From positions 248,001 to 312,000 of the forward strand of contig JAANOX010000070.1 of assembly GCA_020184695.1 (NCBI GenBank): 64,000 bases of DNA, given 5' to 3'. Below the pieces are notes generated by a model. It ran no database searches. It was not told the DNA's origin and saw nothing but the letters and a program-made list of their open reading frames with translations. Shown here piece by piece: positions 29,824 through 40,662 of this stretch; position 1 is the first letter of the stretch, and each line of letters opens with the position of its first letter. Origin of the DNA: Histomonas meleagridis 2922-C6/04-290x (lineage: Eukaryota > Protista > Parabasalia). A program made the position numbers and the translations under genes.

Positions 29824-30294
29824 ATGTCCACGTTTGCAGAGCGCAGAGCACTCCTCGCTCGAACATTTGGAAACCCAGGACCTCCACCACCATCTAACAG
29901 TGGTGGACCAGCACCAAGACCAGCTATGTTTATTCCTGGAATGCCTATGCCGGGATCTGTTACAGCTGACGAAGATGAAAATGAGGACCCAAACCAAATG
30001 AGGCGTCCCCCACCAAAGCCAGTGGCACCAACTTACACATTTCCAGAACCTGTCGGAACACCACCTCATCTTGTTAAGAAGAAGAGAGAATATCCATCTA
30101 AATGTAGAACAGGAACAGAAGGATGTAGCGATTTTCACTCTTTCATTCTAGAAAATGCACCACAACCTGCATCTCCAGCAAAGGCACCTAAAGCACCAAA
30201 GGCGCCCAAAGATGACTCTGGCGGTGGTGCACCTCCTCCTCCTCCACCTCCGCCACCACCTCCACCACCCACACTTCAAAAGTACCGCGAATGA
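29824..30294 (+). CDS. Small proline-rich protein, putative actin/SH3-ligand
   Basis: ATG-initiated ORF with coding-like GC. MSTFAERRALLARTFG...MFIPGMPMP and a terminal run of 12 prolines. Confidence 0.62.
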   Translation: MSTFAERRALLARTFGNPGPPPPSNSGGPAPRPAMFIPGMPMPGSVTADEDENEDPNQMRRPPPKPVAPTYTFPEPVGTPPHLVKKKREYPSKCRTGTEGCSDFHSFILENAPQPASPAKAPKAPKAPKDDSGGGAPPPPPPPPPPPPPTLQKYRE

Positions 30295-31080
30295 GTCAAA
30301 CATGGATCATTCAATTTTTTAAAAAATTGATTTTCTCATTATTTCCAATATTTCCTCTTTCATGACATTTTTTTCATGAAAACACACTAAAAACATCCAG
30401 CTCATCATCAAATTTGCAATTCCAAAAGGTATAACCGTTTTTGACTGTGAGAGTTTTTATTAACGTTCTCCTCATATGGAAAACCTAAAATTCTTCTTGT
30501 TATATAAAGTGAAATGATGAAATATAATTATTTATATCTTTTTTAGACATCACAAATGTATATGTATGAAATTAGAAATTATTCTGATTAAATAGATTAA
30601 AAAGTATTAATTTTATGTTATCGATTGCTGAACGATTAGAATAGTTATTTATATGTTCATTATAGATAATTAAAAAATTCAAACATAAATCGATATCATT
30701 TTATCTTTTGCATGTAAAAGAAAATGGTCAAACAAATTTTACCTTAGGAGAAGCTCTCCTTTTCTTGTGAAAAAGTAATGCCAAAATCAAGTCATATTGT
30801 TGATAACATCCATTCAATCGAGTTCATTTTCTTCTACGTTGACTCGGCGGTTTGTGATGTGGTTTCTTGAAATTGAATACTTTATTTATTGATTTTGAGT
30901 TTGGGTGGTTTATGTTTTCACCGCTGAGTCAAAAGTGTCGTCGAGTTCAAATTTGAAAGGACCAAAATTGTCAAAACGATGAAATTGAGAGCGATCTGAC
31001 ATAAAAGTGTGACGAAACGGTTATTTTCATCAAACCATCAAAAAAATTCTCGCACATTTGACTGTAGAACTTAAATTTAC

Positions 31081-31767
31081 TTAAAAGGAGAAAATATTAC
31101 ATGTTCCAAACTTCATTTGATTGTCAAACAATCCTTCGTCTGGAAATGAAAAATCATTGAATTCATTTGGAGAAGAAGCCAATGGCCTCACCTCGGGTAA
31201 AGGAACAAACTTATTTTGGACCGTTGTGTAAGGCATTATTTCAACCTTTGGATATATGTTGTTGTTATTATCATTATCTTTGTTCATATCCAAAACATTA
31301 TTTTGTTTCTGAACAGACTCAACGGGCTTACATGTTATCTGATTCTCAACTGAATCGTTCTGCATCTTAGACTTCCTTCTGGAAATCAGCATCCAACGAT
31401 TTCTGAGACTATTATCTGATCTATTATTAAAGAAACGTGCTATTTTATTCCACTTTGCACCAAGTTCATCGTGCTTTTGGCAAAGCAACTTATCTTCTTC
31501 TGGTGTCCAAGGATCCTTTCTGAGTTCAGGGTTCAAGTAGTTTTTCCACCTTTCACGGCACTGTCGGGGGTTACGGGTTTCCATAAGCTTAGAGATCATT
31601 ATCCAATCTTTGCATCCAAATATAGATACCAATTTTGATAATTTATCATCTTCTGCTTCTGTGAACTTAATTTTGAGTGAAGGGGCCTTTGGTACTTTCT
31701 GACAAGCATACATATTTGCTTCCTTAGGGACTTGAGGAAACATCATTGGGATGAAACTGCTAATCAT
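31081..31767 (-). CDS. R2R3 Myb-like DNA-binding protein
   Basis: KIKFTEAEDDKL...WIMISKLMETRNPRQCRERWKNYLNP and DPWTPEEDKLL...GAKWNKIA...RSDNSLRNRW. First ATG at 31767. Confidence 0.92.
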   Translation of the reverse strand: MISSFIPMMFPQVPKEANMYACQKVPKAPSLKIKFTEAEDDKLSKLVSIFGCKDWIMISKLMETRNPRQCRERWKNYLNPELRKDPWTPEEDKLLCQKHDELGAKWNKIARFFNNRSDNSLRNRWMLISRRKSKMQNDSVENQITCKPVESVQKQNNVLDMNKDNDNNNNIYPKVEIMPYTTVQNKFVPLPEVRPLASSPNEFNDFSFPDEGLFDNQMKFGTCNIFSF

Positions 31768-32230
31768 CTCCAAAACGAAAAAAGAAGACCAAACCTCCAA
31801 AAATTGTGTACATTCTCAAATTTGTGTTAATTCTTCCTGAATAAACTCCGTTCAAAACCAGAACCTCAAAGCGTTAATTTTTACTTTTTGACAGTGTTAT
31901 ACGTAACGCATTCTGGCCGACCTGCCAAAATTTGACAAGTGGCTCATCTGAAATACACAAAAAGTGGTAGTAAACGTTCTTTTCATGAGTAAATTAATAA
32001 CGTATTTTGTCAAAATCATATGAAATCTTGAAGTAAAATAATATTTGATCTCTTGAAGTTAAACATGGTTATATGTATACAATGAATTTCATTTTTTTAC
32101 ACGTAGTTTGAATAAATCATTTTTTTTTGAAATTACATCTAATTGCTGATTTTCATTGTTTTCTTGAATCAGCTAGAATTTCCTCGAATTAAACTGTTTT
32201 ATAGAATACCAACAAGATAAGAAAGTATTT

Positions 32231-33331
32231 TTATGCAAATTTATCTTTGAATATAGTTTCGAAAAATTGTGGGACAACTAAATCAATTTGTGATGTTTGC
32301 GCATTTTTGCCTGAAAGGAAACTTACGTGACCTCCTTCAGGGTAATGAACTAAAACCATTGTTTGGCTTTCTTCGATTTCCTTTATTGGCAAGAACTTTT
32401 TGCTGGTGAATGGATCATCGTCAGCTGAAAGCATAAGCCCAGGAATGCGTACTTTTGGTATTTTATCGTAAACACCAAGTGGTGAATAATATTCGATATG
32501 ATCTTTAAGTCCAAATTTCTTGCATGTATAAACATCATCGAATTCAGAAATAGTTTTGGCCCTTTCTGCTTCAGGAGAGTTGACAAATTTACTCTTTTTG
32601 ATCATATGAATAAGTTTGGCCATAATGACAGGAAGATAAAGACGGCGCTGGAGTGGTTTCTCAAGAATGAGGTTTGCTTGTACAGGATTCATTGTATGTG
32701 ATACGCAAGCAAAACCATCAATATCATCTTTAAGTGCTGCATAACCAAGAGTTTCATAGCTACCAAGTGAAAAACCAACAAGGAATAAGCACTTAGGAGT
32801 AAATATTTCGCGTATGTGCTTGATGGTGAATTCAATATCATCAATTGAACGTAAATCATAAAGTCGTTCAGAAGTGATCGGAGCACCAGAACATCCACGG
32901 TTGTTTGCAACAACTGCTCGCCAGCCCATGTTTACAATAGCTTCTGCTAAATTATTTGTACATGGTTCACGAGTTCCTCCAGCTAAAGTATGAATTATGA
33001 CAACAATTGGAGTATCATTTGATACATATCTTGGTTCAAACCAATCAAGTGCAGATGTTCCACCATCTTCAAAAACTAATAATTCACGACGACATTCATT
33101 GGTCAATTTTGATCTTTTCCTATTTCTCATTCCTTGCATTGTGTGAACATTTGGACCAATAAGCCACCATGTTGGCTTGTAAGGTTTATCTAATATTGTC
33201 ATTTGGGAAACTAAATTTGCTATTTTTCCATTTTTATTGTAATGCACCATTGCCTTGTAACTTCTTGTCATTCGGTACAGAATGAAAAGGCATGCCAATA
33301 CTGCAATGATTAACAGTACATAGCCAATCAT
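32231..33331 (-). CDS. Alpha/beta hydrolase, ABHD1/2/3 (YheT/Eht1-like) family with N-terminal anchor
   Basis: RRELLVFEDGGTSALDW, HTLAGG, NNRGC, nucleophile GFSLG, ADDDP, GGHVSF. ATG at 33331 is followed by a hydrophobic anchor. Confidence 0.88.
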   Translation of the reverse strand: MIGYVLLIIAVLACLFILYRMTRSYKAMVHYNKNGKIANLVSQMTILDKPYKPTWWLIGPNVHTMQGMRNRKRSKLTNECRRELLVFEDGGTSALDWFEPRYVSNDTPIVVIIHTLAGGTREPCTNNLAEAIVNMGWRAVVANNRGCSGAPITSERLYDLRSIDDIEFTIKHIREIFTPKCLFLVGFSLGSYETLGYAALKDDIDGFACVSHTMNPVQANLILEKPLQRRLYLPVIMAKLIHMIKKSKFVNSPEAERAKTISEFDDVYTCKKFGLKDHIEYYSPLGVYDKIPKVRIPGLMLSADDDPFTSKKFLPIKEIEESQTMVLVHYPEGGHVSFLSGKNAQTSQIDLVVPQFFETIFKDKFA

Positions 33332-33977
33332 GCGAAATCCCCAAATAAAAAAATAATAATTTCTTTCAATTGCTTGGCCACCCTCTTTCAAACTTGGAAC
33401 TGTGAATTTGCCGGCTTCAGAAATTTCAATACGTGTTAACCCTTTTTTCAAATACGCTCAGTTTTGGTGAGGGATTTTGCAAATAATTCGTGATGGAGGA
33501 AAAAGCAAAGTTCTAATAAGTATGGAAATAATAACAGACCATCCCAAGGCATCCTTTTTTGGTTGACTATTAATAACTTTTCTGGATGTATAAATGATGC
33601 AAAAAAATAATAAAAATTAATAAATATAACACGTTTGATAAAAATTTAAGCATTCGGCACATGCCAAAGCACTCAGTTGTAAGAGTATTTATTTCAGTGA
33701 TTACCTGTGTTTAATTTTGTTAATTATACAGACTTAGCGATCAACTTTTACTGGATTGAGATTTTCAGTAAAGAATATAAGTCTAGACTTATTCTTCTTG
33801 GAGATTTAGCATACATACAAAATGTATTTTAAATTATATAATTATATATTAGAATGAAAATTCAACAATTTTTGATCCTAATTCATTTTCATTCGCAATT
33901 AACTCTAATTTTCCACATGAAAAAAATCGGAAAGATTTAGATTTATAATCTTATTTGAAATTTTACTTACTAAAAAT

Positions 33978-34661
33978 TCACTGGGAATTATTCCCTTGAG
34001 GCGAACTCGCCAATGACGAATTCGTCCAGTTTGTTGGAAGAACTTCAAAAGAAGGTGAATTTGATTTCATTGGAACCACTGTTGGGATATTATTAGTGCT
34101 TTGAATGTCTGCACCTTCGAATTCCCTAAGGTAGCGCATGCATACTTTTTTGTATGCGGATGTATTTGCTTCGACTCTTGTTTTGAATAGATCCGTAAGT
34201 CGAGATGATTCTGCCGCTGTCGTTGGATTTGAAGCAGCGCGTATTTGCTCAAATACAACATCAGGATCGTTAAATTTGTGAGCCCATCCTCTATCGAATT
34301 TTTCTCTTAGTTTCGAAATTATGTCAAGTCCCTTGTTATTATTCTGAAAGATAGTCTTTTCTGGCTTTTGCTTCTTTCGCACAACGTGTATAATATCGCC
34401 ATTTTTGACATCTTGAAAATCAAGTGAAAAACTTGGCGATAAAATGCGACCATGGCAAATAAAAAATGCATCATGAATATTGATTATTCTTGCTATGTCA
34501 TTTGCTGTCTCATATGAAGAAGACATAACAATAGTTTGATTTGATGCTCCGGTTAAATGAAGAGTTATATTTTGCTCATTGTTTGTTATTTCAATTGGCT
34601 TAGGAAGCATCACTTTATTTGTGTTTTGGGGAAGGTCGCAACGACGTTGCTGTGGGAGCAT
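33978..34661 (-). CDS. Ubiquitin-like domain-containing hypothetical protein
   Basis: UBL pattern FFICHGRILSPSFSLDFQDVKNGDIIHVV with no C-terminal GG. First ATG at 34661. Confidence 0.68.
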   Translation of the reverse strand: MLPQQRRCDLPQNTNKVMLPKPIEITNNEQNITLHLTGASNQTIVMSSSYETANDIARIINIHDAFFICHGRILSPSFSLDFQDVKNGDIIHVVRKKQKPEKTIFQNNNKGLDIISKLREKFDRGWAHKFNDPDVVFEQIRAASNPTTAAESSRLTDLFKTRVEANTSAYKKVCMRYLREFEGADIQSTNNIPTVVPMKSNSPSFEVLPTNWTNSSLASSPQGNNSQ

Positions 34662-35739
34662 TCTGACCTTGCAGTCCAGAAAAGTTGGATCTTTTAACGG
34701 TTTTAAAAAATGAAACAAATAGAAGAAATGAAAGAAATAGAAATTTCTAAATATACTAATTGTAGAACCAAAATTTTTTAATGTGTATTCTCTTAAAATT
34801 ATATTTTATTTATTTGTGTTTGTTTATGAAGCTAAATACTCATAACATTGAAAAAGATGAAACCATATCTTATCCATATATTTTTTATAAAAAATGTGAC
34901 ACAGAAGTGGCTTATTAGAACTGCATCCCTAATACATTTTTTTCAAATTTTTATTTGTTAAAAAAAAATTGAAATTAAAAATTTAATTTTGATTTTTAAG
35001 ATAATGTTTCTATAATTGGATTATAACAAATACCGTATGATAAAAACAGGTTGGGATATGTCAAAAACGAAGTTTCGCTTGTTATAAATTAATTTTGTCA
35101 TTTAAATTTTATAAGTAAGAATAAAAGATTAATTTATGGAAGATGTCTTGCAATACTTTTTGGTGTGCCATTATGTATAATGATGAAATTATCAAAAAAG
35201 CAGCTGATGGAACTCTACATATGTAATGATACATTATTCAATCATCATAAAAATAAAAAATTAAATAATGAATTTTTTCTAAATTTCGAAATGGGAGTGA
35301 CTAGTCAGTTATATATAACTGAAGACATTCTTGTATTGGTGTTTTTGATATTCTGGAGATAAATGCTTTAATTTGATTATCAAATTTTTAGCTTAAAATA
35401 GGCAATCAAAGCAATTGCTCAAGTTGATGAATTCGGAAGTGTAATATTATTTAATGTAATATTCATTTTAATTAGTTTTGTTGAATATGTGCATAATATT
35501 AACACATATAAAATCAAACTTATTTTTTCATATCTAATTAATATATAGCCATAAAAATAATATAATGAAAAATTATAACTATTAATTCATTGTCAATAAA
35601 CACAAATATAAAAACACAACTCCAAACATACTATCTAATGATTCAATAAAAATACAAATATAATATGACAGTTTTTTAGTAATATTACATTTTGATATAT
35701 TATTTAATTTTAATTTTATTAATAATATAAAATTTTATA

Positions 35740-36060
35740 ACTGAGTTTAGTAAATTGTTATAGTCTTTCTAAACAATTCATATAAATCAGAATAAATACT
35801 ATAATAAGTTGAATAGCATATGATTGTGTAATTATAATAAATGAATTATGTTTCAATATACGTGTGTGATGAATTAATATACGAAAACGTAAATGAATTT
35901 ATTTGTAAATTATATAATGATAATGTTTGTGTGATAGAATATAAATATATTAAAGTGTTTATAAAAGTTAATAAAGAATTTATTAAAAAAGATTTGGTAA
36001 ATGTATTACTTTGACTGAATGCATTTGATTTAGATATTCCAATAGTTTCAACTGAGTTGA
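35740..36060 (-). pseudogene. Relic of the BspA-like family (stalk and Tyr-rich juxtamembrane motif)
   Basis: Minus strand reads SNAFS/SNTFTKSF...HTYIET*FIYYNYTIICYSTYYSIYSDL. The conserved Glu codon is TAA at 35846-35848. Not reported in the ORF track. Confidence 0.7.
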
Positions 36061-36832
36061 GAGATTGACTGATATAATTCTACTAATTAAATTTGAGAAA
36101 TATAATTCGGTTTCTAATTGAGGTAAACCTTAAATCAACAGTTCAGTGGACAATGATATTATTTGATTCATTCAATCCATAAATATTCTGATAGGTAAAG
36201 TACCTTAAGCATTACGATGGATTCGAATTTATTGGTTTACCATATCTATTATCTACTTTTTAGTTAAAGTCAAGTCATTTCTAATGCAGTCTAGAATTAG
36301 ATTAAAAAGATGAAAGTGTAAATGCTATGTTCCCAGTGAAAGTTTTTATGTGATCAAGTGTGAGTCTTTATTTATCACCGGGGATAAATGTTTCTCCCTA
36401 TATTTTTCCATTATTTTCAAACTTTTCGATCATTATCCAAAAAATATCAAAAACGTGTTTTTATATTAAAATTCGAATATTTTCTTTACTCACAACTAAG
36501 TTTATGCTAGGCACATTATATATCTTTTATATCGTGAAGTCAATAAGGACTTGTTCTGCAAATAAAACGTTAATGCCTTCGGGATTCGGAGCAACTCTTG
36601 GAAAGTAATTTTTATGAGCTTTTGAATGATCATTGGTCACTGGGTTCTAACCCACTTTTTGACAATTTTGCCAAAATATTTCAATGAACTCCTGTCCCCA
36701 ACCAATTATCGCACAGAAAACAAAGCATATTTAAGTACAAAATAATCGTCAATTGTATTTTGAATTGGTGTTAAAAAAATTAGGTGAACCAAAACGTAGC
36801 GGCAGGTGACACAAATATAAACCACAAAATCA

Positions 36833-37825
36833 ATGTTTATCCTTTTATTAATTAATACTTTATGCTGGAAGCATCCTAAGCCATCCAATGATGAACAAGA
36901 ATATTTGAAACCATCAGATAACGAACCAGTTTATTTAGAAATTCCAGAAGGACTTGAAAATGGAATTGGATGTTCAATTTGCAAACACTTTGTTTTTGGT
37001 ATTGAGTCAATACTCACGAATACAACAATTCAATCTAAAATTATTGAATACGGCAAAAAGGTTTGTTCACGTTTCCCATCAATTGGTCGTAGATTTTGTA
37101 ACCAAATTATTGAATATATTCCAAACATCATGGAATATCTTAGTGAAGGACTTACAAATTCTGAAATTTGCGCAAAACTTAAGATTTGCAACTCTAATGA
37201 TGTTAACAATGATGACTCATATCTTGAACTATATCTTGAAATGGAAGATAGTGATTATATAACCGAATTTGAACTTCCATTAGGAATATCTAATGACGAC
37301 TTATGCGAATATTGCAAATGGGCTACTGGTTATACTCACTCACTTTCCATGAGCAACTCATTAAATAAAAACACAGCAATAGCATCTTGCTCTGCCCTTT
37401 CTGGTAATGCGGGGTTAGTTTGTAAGTCAATTATAAGCACTTCATATGGTATGATTCAAAACTCTATTGCAACAAGCTTCAATCCGGCCAGTCTTTGCAT
37501 AAAAATCGGCTTTTGTAGGGTACTGAGTTCAAATGATTTTGATGCCGAAACTAATTCCATTCAAATCCCAACAGGTTTGAAAGAAACTTATTGTTCAACT
37601 TGTAGGAGTGTTGTTTCCTCAATTAGAAATATGATTAGTGGCACAATAGTTCAGGCAAGAATCCCACTTCTTCCTACAAAAATTTGTTCTATGTTACACC
37701 AAAAATCTATTAAGCAACGACAAGTTTGTAGATCAATAGTTAAAAGGGATATTGCAAAGATAATTCAATATCACAATAATGGTTTGTCTATCTCTAAAAT
37801 TTGCAGCAATTTAGGATATTGCTGA
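36833..37825 (+). CDS. Secreted saposin-like (SAPLIP) precursor with three saposin-B domains
   Basis: Signal peptide, then three 6-Cys units (CSIC...C...C...EICAKLKIC; CEYC...LCIKIGFC; CSTC...ICSNLGYC) separated by acidic linkers. Confidence 0.9.
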   Translation: MFILLLINTLCWKHPKPSNDEQEYLKPSDNEPVYLEIPEGLENGIGCSICKHFVFGIESILTNTTIQSKIIEYGKKVCSRFPSIGRRFCNQIIEYIPNIMEYLSEGLTNSEICAKLKICNSNDVNNDDSYLELYLEMEDSDYITEFELPLGISNDDLCEYCKWATGYTHSLSMSNSLNKNTAIASCSALSGNAGLVCKSIISTSYGMIQNSIATSFNPASLCIKIGFCRVLSSNDFDAETNSIQIPTGLKETYCSTCRSVVSSIRNMISGTIVQARIPLLPTKICSMLHQKSIKQRQVCRSIVKRDIAKIIQYHNNGLSISKICSNLGYC

Positions 37826-38025
37826 ATTAATTAAAAACCATTTTTAAAATGATTTCACTTTTGATGAATTATCATAATCACAAACAAAACGAATTCTGTT
37901 AAACGAAAAATTTTATTATGAAAAAACGACAATGCCATAAACCTTTCAAAACTACCATAAACTTTTCAATTTTGCACGATAGAATGACACTTTTTGCAAC
38001 ATCAATTTTGATGTTGAAATTAAAT

Positions 38026-39222
38026 TTAATCTTTTTCGAAACTTGATTTATTAGGCAGCCAACTTAATAGCCAATTCTTTGCATTCTGCGAATAAGTACT
38101 TGGTGCCCAAGTTCCGGAGTTTATACAAACTGTTCTATATTTCAGATGATTTACATTTATGAATGGGTTACTATTACCAGTGAAATAAAAGAATTTCACG
38201 TAATCATCTTCTTTTTTAAGTTCATTTATTTTACATAATTTCTTATTCGCTAAGCATGTAAGCATAGCACCCGGTTGAAGTTGTATGTTCCGATAATCTC
38301 TGAAGTGGGAATTTAATGTTCCACTAATTTCCTTTGGAAATATTTCATTCATTTTCCTTAATAAATCAACCGAACATGGGAAAACTCCATGTGGAATTTC
38401 TCCTGATGGGTATATACCGGTTCTATTATGAAAAGAGCTCATTGTAAAGTACATTGTTGCCCAAAAATTCACTGCATCTCCATCATTCCGATTTCGATCT
38501 CTCGTATATTTGTAATATTTTTGATGCAAATTCTTCCATTCGTTATGGATAACATTAATAATTGGAACTTTTTCTTTTAAGTCAAAGAAATCCGACTTAT
38601 TTGCTGGTCTAGAAAAGAAGAAATCATCATTCAGATATAGGAAATTATTAGAAAGACCCGGAATATTAACAATGCCCTCTTCAATAGCAAACGAATTATA
38701 GTTGGGCAATGCATATTTAGGGAGAATTTGCTTATGATCAATATATACAATCTTCGGATGATCGCTTTTGATGTATGGAATTGTTTGTTCATCTGTAATT
38801 ATGAATATCTTGCGAACCCATGGGACATAAAGTTCGGCACTTCTAAGTGAATAACGGATTTCTTCGAAATTGATGAATCGCGCCTTGTTAAGATTACCAT
38901 CAACAGAAAAGCCGAAACGAGCTTGAGTTTCCTGTTTCTTCTTTTGCCAATTTGGATCTGATCCATCAACATATGTATAAACAAGATCGACATCGAAATC
39001 ATTATCTTCTTTTTTAACTTGAACTGGCTCTTCGATTTCTTTTTCTTCTTTTTTGTCGACAATTTTTTGGTCTTTTGGCTGCTGGTAAATAACTTCTTCT
39101 TTTCCTAAATAATTGACCTGGAATTGGACTTTGCGCGTTTCGTCTATCACGAAACGAGGGAGGAGAAAGCTGATGAGGAATATGAAAAACAGTTGCTCGT
39201 ATGGGAATTTCTTTTCTCGCAT
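38026..39222 (-). CDS. Stealth-family hexose-1-phosphate transferase, type II membrane protein (intact paralog)
   Basis: N-terminal TM, CR1 DVDLVYTYVDGSDP, CR2 RYSLRSAELYVPWVRKIFIIT...IPGLSNNFLYLNDDFF, CR3 PHGVFP, CR4 VCINS. Confidence 0.92.
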   Translation of the reverse strand: MREKKFPYEQLFFIFLISFLLPRFVIDETRKVQFQVNYLGKEEVIYQQPKDQKIVDKKEEKEIEEPVQVKKEDNDFDVDLVYTYVDGSDPNWQKKKQETQARFGFSVDGNLNKARFINFEEIRYSLRSAELYVPWVRKIFIITDEQTIPYIKSDHPKIVYIDHKQILPKYALPNYNSFAIEEGIVNIPGLSNNFLYLNDDFFFSRPANKSDFFDLKEKVPIINVIHNEWKNLHQKYYKYTRDRNRNDGDAVNFWATMYFTMSSFHNRTGIYPSGEIPHGVFPCSVDLLRKMNEIFPKEISGTLNSHFRDYRNIQLQPGAMLTCLANKKLCKINELKKEDDYVKFFYFTGNSNPFINVNHLKYRTVCINSGTWAPSTYSQNAKNWLLSWLPNKSSFEKD

Positions 39223-39802
39223 TGAGAAATCGTTGTTGATGTGGTTTGTAGTTATTCAAAAAGTTTCCAAAAATTGTGTGGTGTCAATGAGCCCAGTTGA
39301 AGCAACCATTCGGTTATTCTGGTCAAACTTATGCATAGAAAAAAATAAATTTATTCATAAATGGTTTTTTATTTTTATAACAAAAACATATTATATCAAT
39401 AGCATAACTTTTAAAATACACAATGAAATGCTTTACTCTATTAAAAAGTCTAAAGTTAACAAAATATCACAAAAACATTTTCCTCGGGGAATCGTTTTTT
39501 GCTACAGACAAACCTTGTCAATTTTAGTAGCTAAAAAATTGTGTGAAAAAGGCGGGGAATTCCGAGGGGGTTTCGGAAATGTGATATAAAAAAATTGTTC
39601 TCACAAAGATTGAAGAAACAACACCTGTTCTCTTTACCCCTTTAATAGACTTTTTAGTAATCATTACTATCTCATTTATCTCTCTCTTTCAAACATCTGT
39701 GATTTGCTTAATCATTTTTTGCATTTTTGTCTATTTTGTTTAATTTTTTAGTATATATTTTAAAATAGTTTTTGTGTTTTTAAATCTTTAGTTATATGTT
39801 AA

Positions 39803-39851
39803 AATTATACGGACACTTTTTGAGCGAAGCTCAAAAAGTGTAGGTATAATT
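39803..39851. repeat. Palindrome/hairpin: 8-bp stem, 2x2 mismatch, 13-bp stem, GAA loop (GCGAAGC core)
   Basis: aattatac-gg-acactttttgagc-gaa-gctcaaaaagtgt-ag-gtataatt, read directly from the sequence. Confidence 0.95.
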
Positions 39852-39852
39852 G

Positions 39853-39902
39853 AATTCTCAGAAAACTTTTTGATAATAATTTTGTGTAACAACTTTTTCA
39901 AT
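39853..39902 (+). repeat. Left 50-bp inverted repeat
   Basis: aattctcagaaaactttttgataataattttgtgtaacaactttttcaat, the exact reverse complement of 40663-40712. Confidence 0.97.
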
Positions 39903-39915
39903 AGACCAGTGGTCC

Positions 39916-40434
39916 ATGAGCTACCACATGGATTTCAATAGTTTAGTTCAAGCTAATGTATCTGTTGAACAACAAAGGATTGCTGAAAACACACAAAGAA
40001 CATATAATTCTTTGTTGCGTTCATATGAAAATACAATGAATCAAATTCCTAATGCACCCGAATCATATCCCATTACTGAGAATAAATTACGTGCTTTTTT
40101 GAAATTCTATAGAAGTCAACACCCTCAAACAACCTATTCCTACCTTAAATCATTCGTCTCAGCTGTTGTATCTTATTTAAGAAAAAATAACTTAGATGAT
40201 TTTACGAAAACAAATAATTTTAAGTCGTACATGCTTGGCTTGAAAAGAATAATGAAGGGGGATACATCTCCAAATGCGAAAAAGTATGTCACAATACGAC
40301 TTATGATAAGACTTGCAAAAAGTACTAATCAAAATGTAAAAAATGAAATAGAACTTATGACAATAGAAAGTTTGTGCATTTATGGTTTTTTACGAATTTC
40401 TGAGGCGTGCAGATTCTTCATTTATATAACTTAA
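39916..40434 (+). pseudogene. Tyrosine recombinase, N-terminal core-binding domain plus first catalytic Arg box, truncated
   Basis: IAENTQRTYNSLLRSY...LRAFLKFY...TTYSYLKSFVSAV...LGLKR, then SLCIYGFLRISE (LRxSE box I). The ORF stops 9 codons later. Confidence 0.8.
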
Positions 40435-40461
40435 TTCTTTCCATTTTGGTAACCATAGAAA

Positions 40462-40560
40462 AGGGGAATAACTCTCTGGATTCACTCCAATTTTTTTAAG
40501 TTGCAATTTAAACTTTCTCCTAACTGTTCTATCACATAATGTAAAGACATTCATGCTATC
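40462..40560 (-). pseudogene. Inverted tyrosine-recombinase C-terminal fragment
   Basis: Minus strand reads VFTLCDRTVRRKFKLQLKKIGVNPESYSP. This is the helix and G.NP..YS segment that normally precedes HxxR; the sequence breaks off just before the His. Confidence 0.55.
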
Positions 40561-40662
40561 AGCGTTATACTTCTATCCAAATGGTTGAGGCTGGAGATGC
40601 AATTACAGTATAAATTTAATTAAAACTCAATTTAAATTTGTCCATATAATTTTTTATATGAG

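Noticed and set aside
30230-30272. cct/cca triplet run as a microsatellite
   Set aside because: Encodes the poly-proline tract of the 29824 gene with mixed synonymous codons.
36653-36662. 10-bp matches to the palindrome arm (also near 28920-28929)
   Set aside because: Too short for an AT-rich 64-kb window and overlapping the common CACTTT/AAAGTG Inr-like word.
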